Origin: Verrucomicrobiaceae bacterium
Lineage (GTDB): Bacteria > Verrucomicrobiota > Verrucomicrobiia > Verrucomicrobiales > Akkermansiaceae
Direction: 5' to 3'
Assembly (NCBI GenBank): GCA_051252135.1
Contig: JBPOGH010000001.1
Coordinates: 192,001 to 256,000, forward strand
Length of the DNA: 64,000 nucleotides
In this document: positions 9,530 through 19,557 of the stretch, one piece after another
Position numbering within the stretch: the first letter of the stretch is position 1
Layout of the letters: each line of letters opens with the position of its first letter
Program-made: the position numbers and the translations under genes
Notes under the pieces: generated by a model
The model's database searches: none
What the model was told of the DNA's origin: nothing
What the model saw: only the letters and a program-made list of their open reading frames with translations

Positions 9530-11422
9530 ATGGACTTCTTTGAAGCCCAGGATCAGGCACGCCGCCGAACCAAGTGGTTACTTGTCTGGTTTGGTCTATC
9601 GGTTATCGGAGTCATCCTGGCGGTAGACGCGCTAATTTTCCTTCTCCTTGGTCGGGAGGCCGGGGGGGACATCGTCGGCATCCTCCTGGTGTCATCAGCA
9701 CTGACGGGAGGTGTGATTTTGGCTTCGAGCGGTTTCAAGTCGATGCAGTTGAGTGCAGGTGGTTCGGTGGTGGCGAAAGACCTCGGCGGACGATTGTTGA
9801 TGCCCGGGACAACGGATTTTAAGGAGAAGCAGTTGCTCAACGTGGTTGAGGAAATGGCCATTGCATCAGGGATGCCGGTTCCTCAGGTATACCTGATGGA
9901 CGATGAAGAGGGGATCAATGCCTTTGCGGCGGGAACCGAGCCGTCGAATGCGGTGATCGGGGTAACCCGCGGGACACTCCAGAGGCTTTCGCGCGAGGAG
10001 TTGGAGGGGGTGGTGGCGCACGAGTTCAGCCATATTCTCAATGGAGATATGCGCTTGAATATGCGATTGATTGGGTTGGTGTTTGGGCTGGTGGTTCTTT
10101 CGATCATTGGTCGGGGGATGGTGGAGATGCTTCGCTTTCAGAGCTTCTCGAGTCGTCGAAACAAGGATGGAAACGGGATCATGTTGGCTCTTTTCCTGAT
10201 TGGGCTGGGATTGATCGTGATCGGATCCATTGGGGTGTTTTTTGGTCGATTGATTCAGGCCGGCATTTCGAGGCAGCGGGAGTTTTTGGCCGATGCCTCC
10301 GCGGTGCAATTCACACGAAACCCCAGCGGGATTGCGGGAGCCTTGAAAAAGATCGGAGGCTTGGCTGGTGGGAACAAGATCAAGACGGCGAAGGCCAGCG
10401 AGGCGAGTCATCTATTCTTCAGCGATGGGGGACTTTTTAGCTTTGGTCTGGCTACACACCCGCCGCTTGAGGTGCGGATCAAAACGATCGAGGAAAGTTG
10501 GGACGGTAAATTTGAGGAATCAAATCTACCACCGGTGGCCGAAGGGCATGTGGATCATGGCAAGCCGAGGAAGAGGGGGGGGATTTTAGGTCCGGTGATT
10601 GGGATGAGTGCTGTGGAGGAGATGGGCCAAGACCACCGTCGGCAGGCTGGGGCGGGACAATCGATGCGTGAGGAGTTGGCTGACCGGTGGGAGGCAGTGG
10701 TGCATGACCGTGAGGAGGCCCAAGCGCTCATTTTCGGCCTCCTCCTGGCCGAGGATGACGAACTGCGCGCCGGGGAAGAGAGTTTTCTGAGAAAGACCGC
10801 GGGAGACGATGCGGCCCGTCTGGCCTTGGGATGGCAGGATGAGGTGAAACTCCTGCATTCGGCACGAAAGATCGCACTTATTGACATGGCGATCCCGTCA
10901 CTAAGGGGAATGAGTCAGCTGGAGTATGAACGATTTTTGAAGATCACCCAATGGTTGATTGTCAGTGACGGGCGGGTGGATCTTTTCGAATTCATGCTTC
11001 AGCGTGTGGTGGAACGCCATCTCATCAGTCACTTTGAGCGACGGGGATTCGGGAAAATTCGATATACCAAGCTGTCTCAACTTTCGAAGGAAGCCAATCT
11101 TCTGGTGTCGACGATTGCGGAGCTTGGGGCCGGGGATGGGGTTGAGGGGCAAGCGGCCTATAGCCTGGCAACCAAAGACTGGAAGCATGACGCCCGGACG
11201 CTTGAGCCCGCCACTTCTCTTGATGAATTGGGTGTGGTTCTTGATCGGTTCGACCAGGCTTCGCCCGTGGTGAAGAAAGAGTTGTTGATGGCTTGCGGTC
11301 GCGCGGCGGCAGCTGACGGGGATTTGAATGAGAAGGAGGCAGAGATGCTTCGATCCATTGCTGACGCCATTGGTTGTCCGATTCCGCCATTTGTGGGGAA
11401 GCTTGAAGAAACAAAGAATTAA
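9530..11422 (+). CDS. M48 (HtpX-like) membrane zinc metalloprotease with long C-terminal extension
   Basis: INAFAAG, AHEFSH (HExxH), SRQREFLADA, THPPL..RI; directly follows lemA. Confidence 0.9.
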   Translation: MDFFEAQDQARRRTKWLLVWFGLSVIGVILAVDALIFLLLGREAGGDIVGILLVSSALTGGVILASSGFKSMQLSAGGSVVAKDLGGRLLMPGTTDFKEKQLLNVVEEMAIASGMPVPQVYLMDDEEGINAFAAGTEPSNAVIGVTRGTLQRLSREELEGVVAHEFSHILNGDMRLNMRLIGLVFGLVVLSIIGRGMVEMLRFQSFSSRRNKDGNGIMLALFLIGLGLIVIGSIGVFFGRLIQAGISRQREFLADASAVQFTRNPSGIAGALKKIGGLAGGNKIKTAKASEASHLFFSDGGLFSFGLATHPPLEVRIKTIEESWDGKFEESNLPPVAEGHVDHGKPRKRGGILGPVIGMSAVEEMGQDHRRQAGAGQSMREELADRWEAVVHDREEAQALIFGLLLAEDDELRAGEESFLRKTAGDDAARLALGWQDEVKLLHSARKIALIDMAIPSLRGMSQLEYERFLKITQWLIVSDGRVDLFEFMLQRVVERHLISHFERRGFGKIRYTKLSQLSKEANLLVSTIAELGAGDGVEGQAAYSLATKDWKHDARTLEPATSLDELGVVLDRFDQASPVVKKELLMACGRAAAADGDLNEKEAEMLRSIADAIGCPIPPFVGKLEETKN

Positions 11423-11476
11423 GAGCTGGGACTTGCATTTTCCAGCGTACGCGCGGAATTTCGGAGCGCTTAACGA

Positions 11477-12328
11477 ATGAACCGCGATCGCGCGCCCTGG
11501 TGGCTTTGGCCCAACCTCCTGAGCTTGGATGCTCCGCTGGTCGCTGTTGCGTGGTTTTGGATGTTTGCGAAAGCGTGGGGGGTAGTGAGTCTCCCGGGCG
11601 CACTGGTGCTGACTCTGGCGCTTGCAGTATGGGCGGTTTACTCGATTGACCGCCTTGTGGACTCAAGAAAGTCCAGACCACGTGCGGCTTTGGAGCGACG
11701 GCATTATTTCCACCGGAAATATCGATGGTATTTTCTGACTGCCATTGGGACCGCGTTGGTGTGGTGCATTTTTGCATCGTTGATGGTGCTTTCACAGCTC
11801 GTCCTCATGTATGGGCTATTTGTGCTCTTGTTGGTGGGGCTGTATTTTCTGATGGCGATTTACCAGAACGTCGAGCAACACACCGGGTTGATGAAGAATG
11901 CTTTGGCGGGACTCACCTTTTCCTACGGAGTGGCTGCCGGGGTGCACGCCTACTCGCCGGTAGTGGTGTTTCAGCAGATGGTGTTTTCACCGGAGGTGCT
12001 CATGTTTGCAGGTCTCTGCATTATCAACATGACGGCAATCGACTTCTGGGAGCTCGATGGTGAAGACGGGGAAGATGCCAGCGCGGTAATCAGCACGGCT
12101 TGTCTCCTCCTGGCAGCGGTGTCCATGTTCTTTTCTTCGCGCGGAGACTCGTTCAACAAGCCTTTCTTTTACGCCGTGATGATCGGAGCGGCCGGTATTT
12201 ATATTTTGAACCGGAATCGCCACCAATTGGATCAAAACGCCCGGCGTTTGTGGGTTGATCTGGTGCTTCTGGCTCCGGTTTTAATTTATTGGGTTTGGGT
12301 GAGCTTTTACGAACGAAACCTTGCGTGA
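11477..12328 (+). CDS. polytopic membrane protein (UbiA prenyltransferase-like hypothetical)
   Basis: about 8 hydrophobic helices; Y..DRL.D motif. Confidence 0.55.
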   Translation: MNRDRAPWWLWPNLLSLDAPLVAVAWFWMFAKAWGVVSLPGALVLTLALAVWAVYSIDRLVDSRKSRPRAALERRHYFHRKYRWYFLTAIGTALVWCIFASLMVLSQLVLMYGLFVLLLVGLYFLMAIYQNVEQHTGLMKNALAGLTFSYGVAAGVHAYSPVVVFQQMVFSPEVLMFAGLCIINMTAIDFWELDGEDGEDASAVISTACLLLAAVSMFFSSRGDSFNKPFFYAVMIGAAGIYILNRNRHQLDQNARRLWVDLVLLAPVLIYWVWVSFYERNLA

Positions 12329-12375
12329 TTTGGCATTGTGGGATGAGAGTTCTTGAACGAGACTCCGCCCCACCA

Positions 12376-12999
12376 ATGAGCAAACAGCGAAAACCAGCGG
12401 TATTGATCCTCGGCGCGCCGGGGGCTGGCAAGGGTACACAAGGAGCAATTTTAGGGCAGATCCCCCGTTTTTTTCACTATGCGAGTGGTGATGTTTTCCG
12501 CCAACTAGATACACGGAGCGAGCTGGGACGCCAATTTGTGGAATATTCAAAGCGTGGAGAATTGGTGCCCGATGAGCTTACGGTCAAACTGTGGGCAACC
12601 CACATGAAGAGTTTGGTTTCGACGAGGGTCTACAAGCCGGATATCGACATTTTGGTCCTTGATGGGATTCCCCGTAATCTTGAGCAAACCAAGATGTTGG
12701 AGAAGCATGTTGAAATCCATCAGGTCTTTCACCTTAGCTGCCCCGATCGGGATGAGCTGGCGCGCAGGATGCGGAAGCGTGCGCTGAAAGAGCATCGACT
12801 TGATGATGCGAGCGAGACAGTGATTCAAAACAGGATTCAAAATTACGAGGAGCTCACCAAGCCCATCCTGGATTATTATGATGATGGGAGGCGGTTTGAC
12901 ATTGATGCGACGCAATCTCCGGCAAGGGTGCTTTACGCGATTTTGGGAAGACTCCAGAGTTTGGAAGCCTATCAAGAGATCGCAGCAGTTACCATTTAG
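12376..12999 (+). CDS. adk: adenylate/nucleoside monophosphate kinase (short-LID type)
   Basis: P-loop GAPGAGKGT, GELVPDE, LDGIPR, R.DD. Confidence 0.88.
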   Translation: MSKQRKPAVLILGAPGAGKGTQGAILGQIPRFFHYASGDVFRQLDTRSELGRQFVEYSKRGELVPDELTVKLWATHMKSLVSTRVYKPDIDILVLDGIPRNLEQTKMLEKHVEIHQVFHLSCPDRDELARRMRKRALKEHRLDDASETVIQNRIQNYEELTKPILDYYDDGRRFDIDATQSPARVLYAILGRLQSLEAYQEIAAVTI

Positions 13000-13001
13000 T
13001 G

Positions 13002-13928
13002 ATGCGTATAGTTTTCATGGCCACGGGCGAGATCGCCGAATCATCATTGAAGGCAGTGGTGGATTCCTCTCATGAGGTCGTTGGTCTGGTGACTCAGCCG
13101 GATCGACCGGTGGGCAGGAAGCAGGTCCTTACGGCTCCGAAGGTCAAATCGATTGCGCAGGGGGCTGGAATTCCGGTCATTCAACCTGAAAAGGTTCGGG
13201 ATCCCAATGCCTTGCAGCAAATCAGGGACTGGGCTCCCGAGGTGATAGTGGTGATGGCTTACGGTCAGATTTTGCCCCAGAAACTCATTGAGATTCCTGA
13301 GCGTGCGATCATCAATTTGCATGCCTCTTTGCTACCCAAATATCGTGGAGCATCCTGTATTCAGGGGCCGCTAAAGGAGGGCGACCGAATGACCGGATGG
13401 AGTGTGATTCATGTGGTCAAGGCGCTTGATGCGGGCAATGTGATTCTTCAGCGAGCATTTGAGATCGGCGAAATGGAAACGGGAGGGGAGCTTCACGATC
13501 GTCTGGCCAAAGCGGCTCCGACCGTGCTGATGGAGGCTCTCACTCTTTTAAGTCAGGGTGAAGTTCCCGGTGAGGAGCAGGACGAGGATTCTCACACCTA
13601 TGTTCCAAAATTGAACCGAGAGGACGGGAGAATCGACTGGGGTCTTCCTGCGGTGGAATTGGAGCGGCTTGTTCGAGCGTATGATCCTTGGCCCGGAACT
13701 TTCACCACTTTGGATGGGAAGAGACTGAAAATTTTTCCTCCCACCAAGGTTTTATCGGGGGTGGGAGAACCGGGAAGCTACTTGGGAGAAGTTGATGGGG
13801 CGATTGAAATCGCGTGCGGATCGGGCTCGCTCATGCTTCAATTGGTTCAACCAGACGGGAAAAGTCGCATGGCCGCATCTTCTCTTGCGAGAGGGAAGGC
13901 CTCGGCACTCCTGGAAGGCTTTAAGTAG
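13002..13928 (+). CDS. fmt: methionyl-tRNA formyltransferase
   Basis: VTQPDRPVGR, AYGQILP, NLHASLLPKYRGA, LDAG, PWPG. Confidence 0.95.
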   Translation: MRIVFMATGEIAESSLKAVVDSSHEVVGLVTQPDRPVGRKQVLTAPKVKSIAQGAGIPVIQPEKVRDPNALQQIRDWAPEVIVVMAYGQILPQKLIEIPERAIINLHASLLPKYRGASCIQGPLKEGDRMTGWSVIHVVKALDAGNVILQRAFEIGEMETGGELHDRLAKAAPTVLMEALTLLSQGEVPGEEQDEDSHTYVPKLNREDGRIDWGLPAVELERLVRAYDPWPGTFTTLDGKRLKIFPPTKVLSGVGEPGSYLGEVDGAIEIACGSGSLMLQLVQPDGKSRMAASSLARGKASALLEGFK

Positions 13929-13940
13929 GTCCTCCAACTC

Positions 13941-14468
13941 ATGAAAATCGCCCTCTTCCTATTTGCTTTTCTGTGTCAATCCGAAGCAATCACCCACGAA
14001 CTCCACGAGATTTTTCAAGCCCAGTCCCTTCACGGAACCGACGTGAGCCAAGATCATCAGGGGGAGGCGATTCAGGCAAAAATATCGAGCTTTCCAGCGG
14101 TGGTGGTTGGGGCGATGCCAGAGGCGTTGATCACGGCGATCGCAGCGCCCCATCGATTTCCGGGACCGGAGAGTTATTCGGTGAAGGAGGTGAACCTCTT
14201 GATTCTCAGTGGTATTAAGCTGGAATCGGAAATGAGTGAAAAGGGGCTTACCTGTAACTTTGATTTGAGCGAATTGAAGATGTCTGAGGAGATTGATCTC
14301 CCGGTTCGGACGGTGTTGGAATTGGCTATCAGGGCGATCAAAGAGACATTGAACCGGTATTATCTGGAGGCTAAATCCAAGGAGACGATTCGCATCCAAA
14401 TCAATGGTCTCGGGGAAAAAAATGCCGCTTTGAAAAATCTGTCCGGCACCTTCACGGTTGGTAAATGA
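13941..14468 (+). CDS. hypothetical secreted protein
   Basis: 175 aa ORF with signal-like leader, fits between fmt and pyrH. Confidence 0.6.
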   Translation: MKIALFLFAFLCQSEAITHELHEIFQAQSLHGTDVSQDHQGEAIQAKISSFPAVVVGAMPEALITAIAAPHRFPGPESYSVKEVNLLILSGIKLESEMSEKGLTCNFDLSELKMSEEIDLPVRTVLELAIRAIKETLNRYYLEAKSKETIRIQINGLGEKNAALKNLSGTFTVGK

Positions 14469-14531
14469 TCAGAAGGTCCGTTTTACCATTGCGGTCCCAA
14501 GATGGCCTGATTGAATCAGTTCTAGCAAAAC

Positions 14532-15266
14532 ATGAGCGACCTGGCATCGATTCGAGACTTTAAACGCGTGATTCTCAAACTTTCCGGAGAAGCTCTTCGT
14601 GAAGCGGGAAGCAAAGATAATATTTCCCCCGAGATTGTTGAGCGCATTGCGAGCGAGATTGCTTCAGCAAAAGCCAAATCCGGGGTCGAGTTGGGGATCG
14701 TTGTGGGTGGTGGAAATTTCTGGAGGGGGGCGAGCGCCAGCGCCCGGGGTATGGACCGGGCAACTGCGGATTATGTCGGGATGATGGCGACGGTGATGAA
14801 TGCATTGGCGCTTCAAGCTGCCTTGGAGGCGGAAGGGGTTCGCTGCATCGTGCAGTCGGCGATTGAGATGAAGAATGTGGCGGAGCCATTTATTCGACGC
14901 AAGGCGGTCAGGCAGCTCTCTTCGGGAGCGGTGGTGATTTTTGCAGCGGGAACCGGTAGTCCTTTCTTTTCGACAGATACGACGTCCGCTCTCCGTGCCA
15001 GTGAGATGAATGCCGACGTCATTTTTAAAGCGACGATGGTTGACGGTGTCTATGACTCGGATCCCAAGAAGAATCCCGATGCGGTTCGCTATGAATCACT
15101 TCCATTCTCCGAATGCTTGTCCAAGGGGCTTCAAGTCATGGACTCGACGGCATTCAGCCTTTGCCTGGATAACAACATCCCGATCATCGTCTTCGACCTT
15201 GAGAAGAAAGGAAATATTGAGATCGCGCTCAATGGTGGGGAGATCGGGACAATCGTACATCGCTAA
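14532..15266 (+). CDS. pyrH: uridylate kinase
   Basis: [43 protein letters not shown]. Confidence 0.97.
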   Translation: MSDLASIRDFKRVILKLSGEALREAGSKDNISPEIVERIASEIASAKAKSGVELGIVVGGGNFWRGASASARGMDRATADYVGMMATVMNALALQAALEAEGVRCIVQSAIEMKNVAEPFIRRKAVRQLSSGAVVIFAAGTGSPFFSTDTTSALRASEMNADVIFKATMVDGVYDSDPKKNPDAVRYESLPFSECLSKGLQVMDSTAFSLCLDNNIPIIVFDLEKKGNIEIALNGGEIGTIVHR

Positions 15267-15289
15267 TCACATTTTCAAAAACTCGAACT

Positions 15290-15856
15290 ATGGAACCCGC
15301 AGAAGCACTCAAAAATGTCGAACAGGCCATGAAGAAGGCCGTTGATCACACCAGTCAGGAATTCACCTCGATTCGGACCGGAAAAGCCTCACCGGCTCTG
15401 GTAGAGAATCTGGATGTCAATGTGCCCAGCTACGGAAGTGTCATGAAGCTCAAAGGGCTTGCCGTAATCACGACACCGGAGCCAAGGATGCTGGTGGTGC
15501 AGCCCTTTGACCCTTCGACGACGGGGGATATCGACAGAGCGATTCGCGAAAGCAAACTGGGGCTCAATCCGGTGAACGAAGGGACCAAGCTTCGCCTCCC
15601 GATTCCCGAGCTTTCCGAGGAGCGGCGCGTGGAGCTGGTCAAGAGTGTCAAGGCAATGGCTGAAGAGGGCCGTGTCAGCATTCGGGGCGCCCGAAAGGAC
15701 GGAATGGATCTGGGAAAGAAGATGAAAGCCGACAACACGGTGACTGAAGACGGGCAACGGGACTACGAATCGGACGTGCAAGGCTTGACCGATCGGTTCA
15801 TCAAAGAGGTGGACGAGCTTCTGGCTTCCAAGGAAAAGGAAGTGATGACGGTGTAG
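15290..15856 (+). CDS. frr: ribosome recycling factor
   Basis: IRTGKASP, LGLNP, PELSEERR; follows pyrH. Confidence 0.97.
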   Translation: MEPAEALKNVEQAMKKAVDHTSQEFTSIRTGKASPALVENLDVNVPSYGSVMKLKGLAVITTPEPRMLVVQPFDPSTTGDIDRAIRESKLGLNPVNEGTKLRLPIPELSEERRVELVKSVKAMAEEGRVSIRGARKDGMDLGKKMKADNTVTEDGQRDYESDVQGLTDRFIKEVDELLASKEKEVMTV

Positions 15857-15878
15857 AAATTCAATCGGATCAGATTTT

Positions 15879-15909
15879 TAAAGCGGCAGTCAGCGACTGC
15901 CGCTTTTTT
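15879..15909 (+). terminator. intrinsic terminator after frr
   Basis: stem AAAGCGGCAGTC/GACTGCCGCTTT followed by a T run. Confidence 0.85.
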
Positions 15910-15972
15910 GTGGGGACGGGGTGGATTATCAAGCTTGTCGACCCAAGGGGATCCGCTAGCCTCCCAACAATC

Positions 15973-17526
15973 ATGCGTAAGGTTCTTTGTCTACTCGGCT
16001 GTTTTACCCTCTTTCTGATTCACCCCGCACTTGCGGACGATACTTCCGCCACCCCAGTTGAGGAGAAGAAGGAACCCGGATTCTGGGAGGAGTTGGATGG
16101 GAATATTAGCGCCCGGTTTCAACCGGTCTCTGACTTTGTAGACAGGACGGTTTTTTACTCCATCCCGGTAGCGACCGATGACGAGGGGAATGCGGTGAAG
16201 ATGCCGTGGGTTTTGGCTTGGTTGGGGATCGCGGCAATCGTCCTGACGGTTTACTTTAAATTTCTCAACTTCCGTTCGTGGCGACTCGCCTTTGATACGG
16301 TGAGAGGGAAGTACAGCAAGGATGACGACCCTGGGGAAATTACGCATTTTCAGGCTCTTTCTGCTGCCGTTTCCGGAACGGTGGGCCTTGGAAATATTGC
16401 CGGTGTGGCCACTGCGATCAGTATTGGTGGCCCGGGTGCGACTTTTTGGATGGTCTTGATGGGATTTTTGGGAATGGCCTCAAAATTTTGCGAATGCACC
16501 CTTGGGGTGAAGTATCGCCAAATTGAGAACGGAAAGGTCTATGGTGGTCCGATGCAGTATCTCACCAAAGGGTTGGGTGAATTGGGAATGAAGCCGGTAG
16601 GAGTTGTTCTGGCGATCTTCTTCTCGATCATGTGCATTGGCGGGTCATTCGGAGGGGGTAACATGTATCAGGCGAACCAGGCTTGCCAGCAGCTCATTGG
16701 GGTTACAGGGGGCGAATCCTCTTTCTTTGCCGACTACCGGTGGGTGTTTGGTGTTGTTCTGGCGATTGTCGTGGGGCTGGTGATCATTGGAGGTATCAAG
16801 AGCATTGCCACGACGACTGCAAAAGTGGTCCCGTTCATGTGTGGTATTTATATGATCGCCGGGATCGTGGTGATTCTTGGAAACATTTCTCATCTGGGTG
16901 AGGCGTTTTCCCTGATTTTTAAGGGGGCCTTCAGTGAGGCAGCGGTTGGTGGCGGCTTGATCGGGGTGCTCATTCAGGGAATCAAGAGGGCCGCGTTTTC
17001 AAATGAGGCAGGAATCGGCTCCGCTCCAATTGCGCACTCAGCGGCGAAAACGAGCCATCCCGCGAGTGAAGGGATTGTGGCGTTGCTTGAGCCCTTCCTG
17101 GATACGGTATTGGTGTGCACGACAACAGCTCTGGTGATTATCATGTCCGGAACCTATGCTGACGCGAGTCTTCAAGGGGTTGGTGTTACGTCTGCTGCCT
17201 TTGAGCAGACGATCAGCTGGTTTCCTTTCATTCTCGCCATTGCGGTGATTCTCTTCGCGTTTTCGACGATGATCTCGTGGTCCTACTATGGTCTTCAGGC
17301 ATGGGCCCATTTGTTTGGGCGGAGTAAGAAGGCTGAAATCATTTATAAGCTGATTTTCTGTTTCTTCATCATTGTGGGTTCGGCTGTGAGTGTGGGGAGC
17401 GTGATCAATTTTTCCGATGGGATGATTTTCGCGATGTCGATTCCCAATGTGATCGCGATGTATCTTCTGATGCCCAAGGTTAAGGAGGAATACCGGCGTT
17501 TCCTTGAGCATACCCGTTCACAGTAG
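15973..17526 (+). CDS. alanine/glycine:cation symporter (AGCS)
   Basis: GTVGLGNIAGVA, GGPGA.FWM, GGPMQY, FSNEAG.GSAPIAH. Confidence 0.93.
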   Translation: MRKVLCLLGCFTLFLIHPALADDTSATPVEEKKEPGFWEELDGNISARFQPVSDFVDRTVFYSIPVATDDEGNAVKMPWVLAWLGIAAIVLTVYFKFLNFRSWRLAFDTVRGKYSKDDDPGEITHFQALSAAVSGTVGLGNIAGVATAISIGGPGATFWMVLMGFLGMASKFCECTLGVKYRQIENGKVYGGPMQYLTKGLGELGMKPVGVVLAIFFSIMCIGGSFGGGNMYQANQACQQLIGVTGGESSFFADYRWVFGVVLAIVVGLVIIGGIKSIATTTAKVVPFMCGIYMIAGIVVILGNISHLGEAFSLIFKGAFSEAAVGGGLIGVLIQGIKRAAFSNEAGIGSAPIAHSAAKTSHPASEGIVALLEPFLDTVLVCTTTALVIIMSGTYADASLQGVGVTSAAFEQTISWFPFILAIAVILFAFSTMISWSYYGLQAWAHLFGRSKKAEIIYKLIFCFFIIVGSAVSVGSVINFSDGMIFAMSIPNVIAMYLLMPKVKEEYRRFLEHTRSQ

Positions 17527-17537
17527 TCTGGAAGCGA

Positions 17538-19556
17538 ATGGCCAAGCAGTATCACCTCAAGAAAGAAAGTCGCGGCGGGGACTCGGGAATCGATTATGAG
17601 GCAGAGCTCAATCCGCAGCAATATGCGGCGGTGAGTTCACCTCCGGGACCGGCGTTGGTGATCGCTGGTGCCGGGTCGGGGAAGACCCGGACGCTGACGT
17701 ATCGGGTGGCTTATCTGTTGGATCAGGGAGTGGATCCCAAGAATCTGTTACTGCTGACGTTTACGAATAAGGCGGCACGAGAGATGATGGAGCGGGTAAA
17801 GGAGCTTGTTCCCCGTGACCTGAGTGATTTGTGGAGCGGGACATTCCACTCGGTGGGGAATCGTATTCTGCGCCGTCATGCGGAAGAGGTGGGGTTGACA
17901 AGGTCATTTTCCATCATGGATCGCGATGATCAGAAGTCGCTTGTCGGCACTGTGATTGCGGAGTGCGAAATTGACACCAAGCAGAGACGTTTCCCCAAGG
18001 CTGACGTGCTCATCACGATCTTTTCCCTGATTGAGAATACCGGGTCTACTCTGGAGGACATTCTTGAAGTTCGTTATCCTTACTTTGAGGAATGGGCGGA
18101 AGAGATTTCAAAAGTATGCGATCGTTATCGTGAGAAGAAACTTGAGGTAAACTCGGTGGATTTCGACGATCTTTTGCTGTTGCCACTCAAGCTGCTCCAG
18201 GAGAACGAGGAGATTTGCGGCCTTTATCAGAAGCGATTCCGGTATCTTTTGGTGGATGAGTATCAGGACACGAATCACGTTCAGAGCGAGCTCATTGATA
18301 TTCTCGCAAGGCCCCAGTTGTCAGTGATGGTGGTGGGGGATGATGCGCAGTCGATTTATTCGTGGCGGGGTGCCGACATGGATCACATTCTTTCGTTTCC
18401 GGAGCGTTACGAAGACGCCAAGATTTATAAAATTGAGACCAATTACCGTTCGGTTCCCGAGGTGCTGGATCTGTCCAATGCCGCGATCCGGGTGAACAGG
18501 AAGCAGTTCACCAAAACGCTCAACGCCGCTCGCGAGGGGGGGCGGATGACTCCGGCGATCGTTCCTTTGGAAGATCCCAGGTCCCAAGCCAACTTCATTG
18601 CCCAACGGGTTTTAGAGCTACGTGATGAGGGGGTCGAGCTGGAGGAAATGGCGGTTCTGTATCGTGCGCACTATCAGAGTCTTGAGATTCAAATGGAGCT
18701 GACCTCGAGAGGGATTCCTTTCGAGATCACGAGTGGGTTGCGATTTTTTGAGCAAGTCCACATTAAGGATGTGGCGGCATTTTTACGCTTTGTGGTCAAC
18801 CGGAGGGATGAGGTGAGCTTCAAGCGATTCGCCCTTCTGATGCCGGGAATCGGAGCGGTGACCGCGGATAAAATGTGGTCGGCGTGGGTTAAGACGGGAT
18901 TGCATCGCGAAGAAGATCCACCGGCCAAGTTTTCAACCGTGTTTCAAACCTTCAAGGTTCCGGCGAAGTCTGCCAAAGAGTGGGAGCAACTCGGTTATAC
19001 GCTGGACGAGCTGATAACGCCCGAGGGATTTGCCCGCCCCGAACAGATGCTCACCAGTATTCTTGAGGGTGTTTACGATGACTACATGCGGAATAGCTTC
19101 GATAACTACGAGAACCGCCGCCAAGACATTGAGCAGCTCATTCTCTACTCAGATGGTTTCGAGGATATCGTGGAACTTTTAGGTCAACTTTCGCTGATGA
19201 GTTCGGTTGATGGTGATCCATCAGGGAAGAAGGAGGAGCCCGATGGTGAGAAGTTGACGCTTTCGAGTATTCACCAGGCCAAGGGGCTCGAATGGAAGGT
19301 GGTCTTTTTGATCTGGCTTACGGACGGAATGTTCCCGAATGGAAGAGTTCTCGAAGCCGATGACGAAGATATGCTGGAGGAGGAGCGCCGTCTTTTCTAC
19401 GTCGCGATTACGAGGGCGAAAGATGAGCTCTACATGACCTATCCGCAAATTAATCCCAAGAGCTACTCGGGAGACATCATCCAGCGGCCCAGCCGTTTTT
19501 TGGATGAATGCCCCCAAGAGCTCATGGAGCAATGGGATGTGGGTCCGGCGTGGTAG
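17538..19556 (+). CDS. UvrD/PcrA-family ATP-dependent DNA helicase
   Basis: LNPQQ, AGAGSGKT, TFTNKAA, VDEYQD, VGDDAQSIY, NYRS, HQAKGLE, EERRLFYVA.TRA. Confidence 0.95.
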   Translation: MAKQYHLKKESRGGDSGIDYEAELNPQQYAAVSSPPGPALVIAGAGSGKTRTLTYRVAYLLDQGVDPKNLLLLTFTNKAAREMMERVKELVPRDLSDLWSGTFHSVGNRILRRHAEEVGLTRSFSIMDRDDQKSLVGTVIAECEIDTKQRRFPKADVLITIFSLIENTGSTLEDILEVRYPYFEEWAEEISKVCDRYREKKLEVNSVDFDDLLLLPLKLLQENEEICGLYQKRFRYLLVDEYQDTNHVQSELIDILARPQLSVMVVGDDAQSIYSWRGADMDHILSFPERYEDAKIYKIETNYRSVPEVLDLSNAAIRVNRKQFTKTLNAAREGGRMTPAIVPLEDPRSQANFIAQRVLELRDEGVELEEMAVLYRAHYQSLEIQMELTSRGIPFEITSGLRFFEQVHIKDVAAFLRFVVNRRDEVSFKRFALLMPGIGAVTADKMWSAWVKTGLHREEDPPAKFSTVFQTFKVPAKSAKEWEQLGYTLDELITPEGFARPEQMLTSILEGVYDDYMRNSFDNYENRRQDIEQLILYSDGFEDIVELLGQLSLMSSVDGDPSGKKEEPDGEKLTLSSIHQAKGLEWKVVFLIWLTDGMFPNGRVLEADDEDMLEEERRLFYVAITRAKDELYMTYPQINPKSYSGDIIQRPSRFLDECPQELMEQWDVGPAW

Positions 19557-19557
19557 G

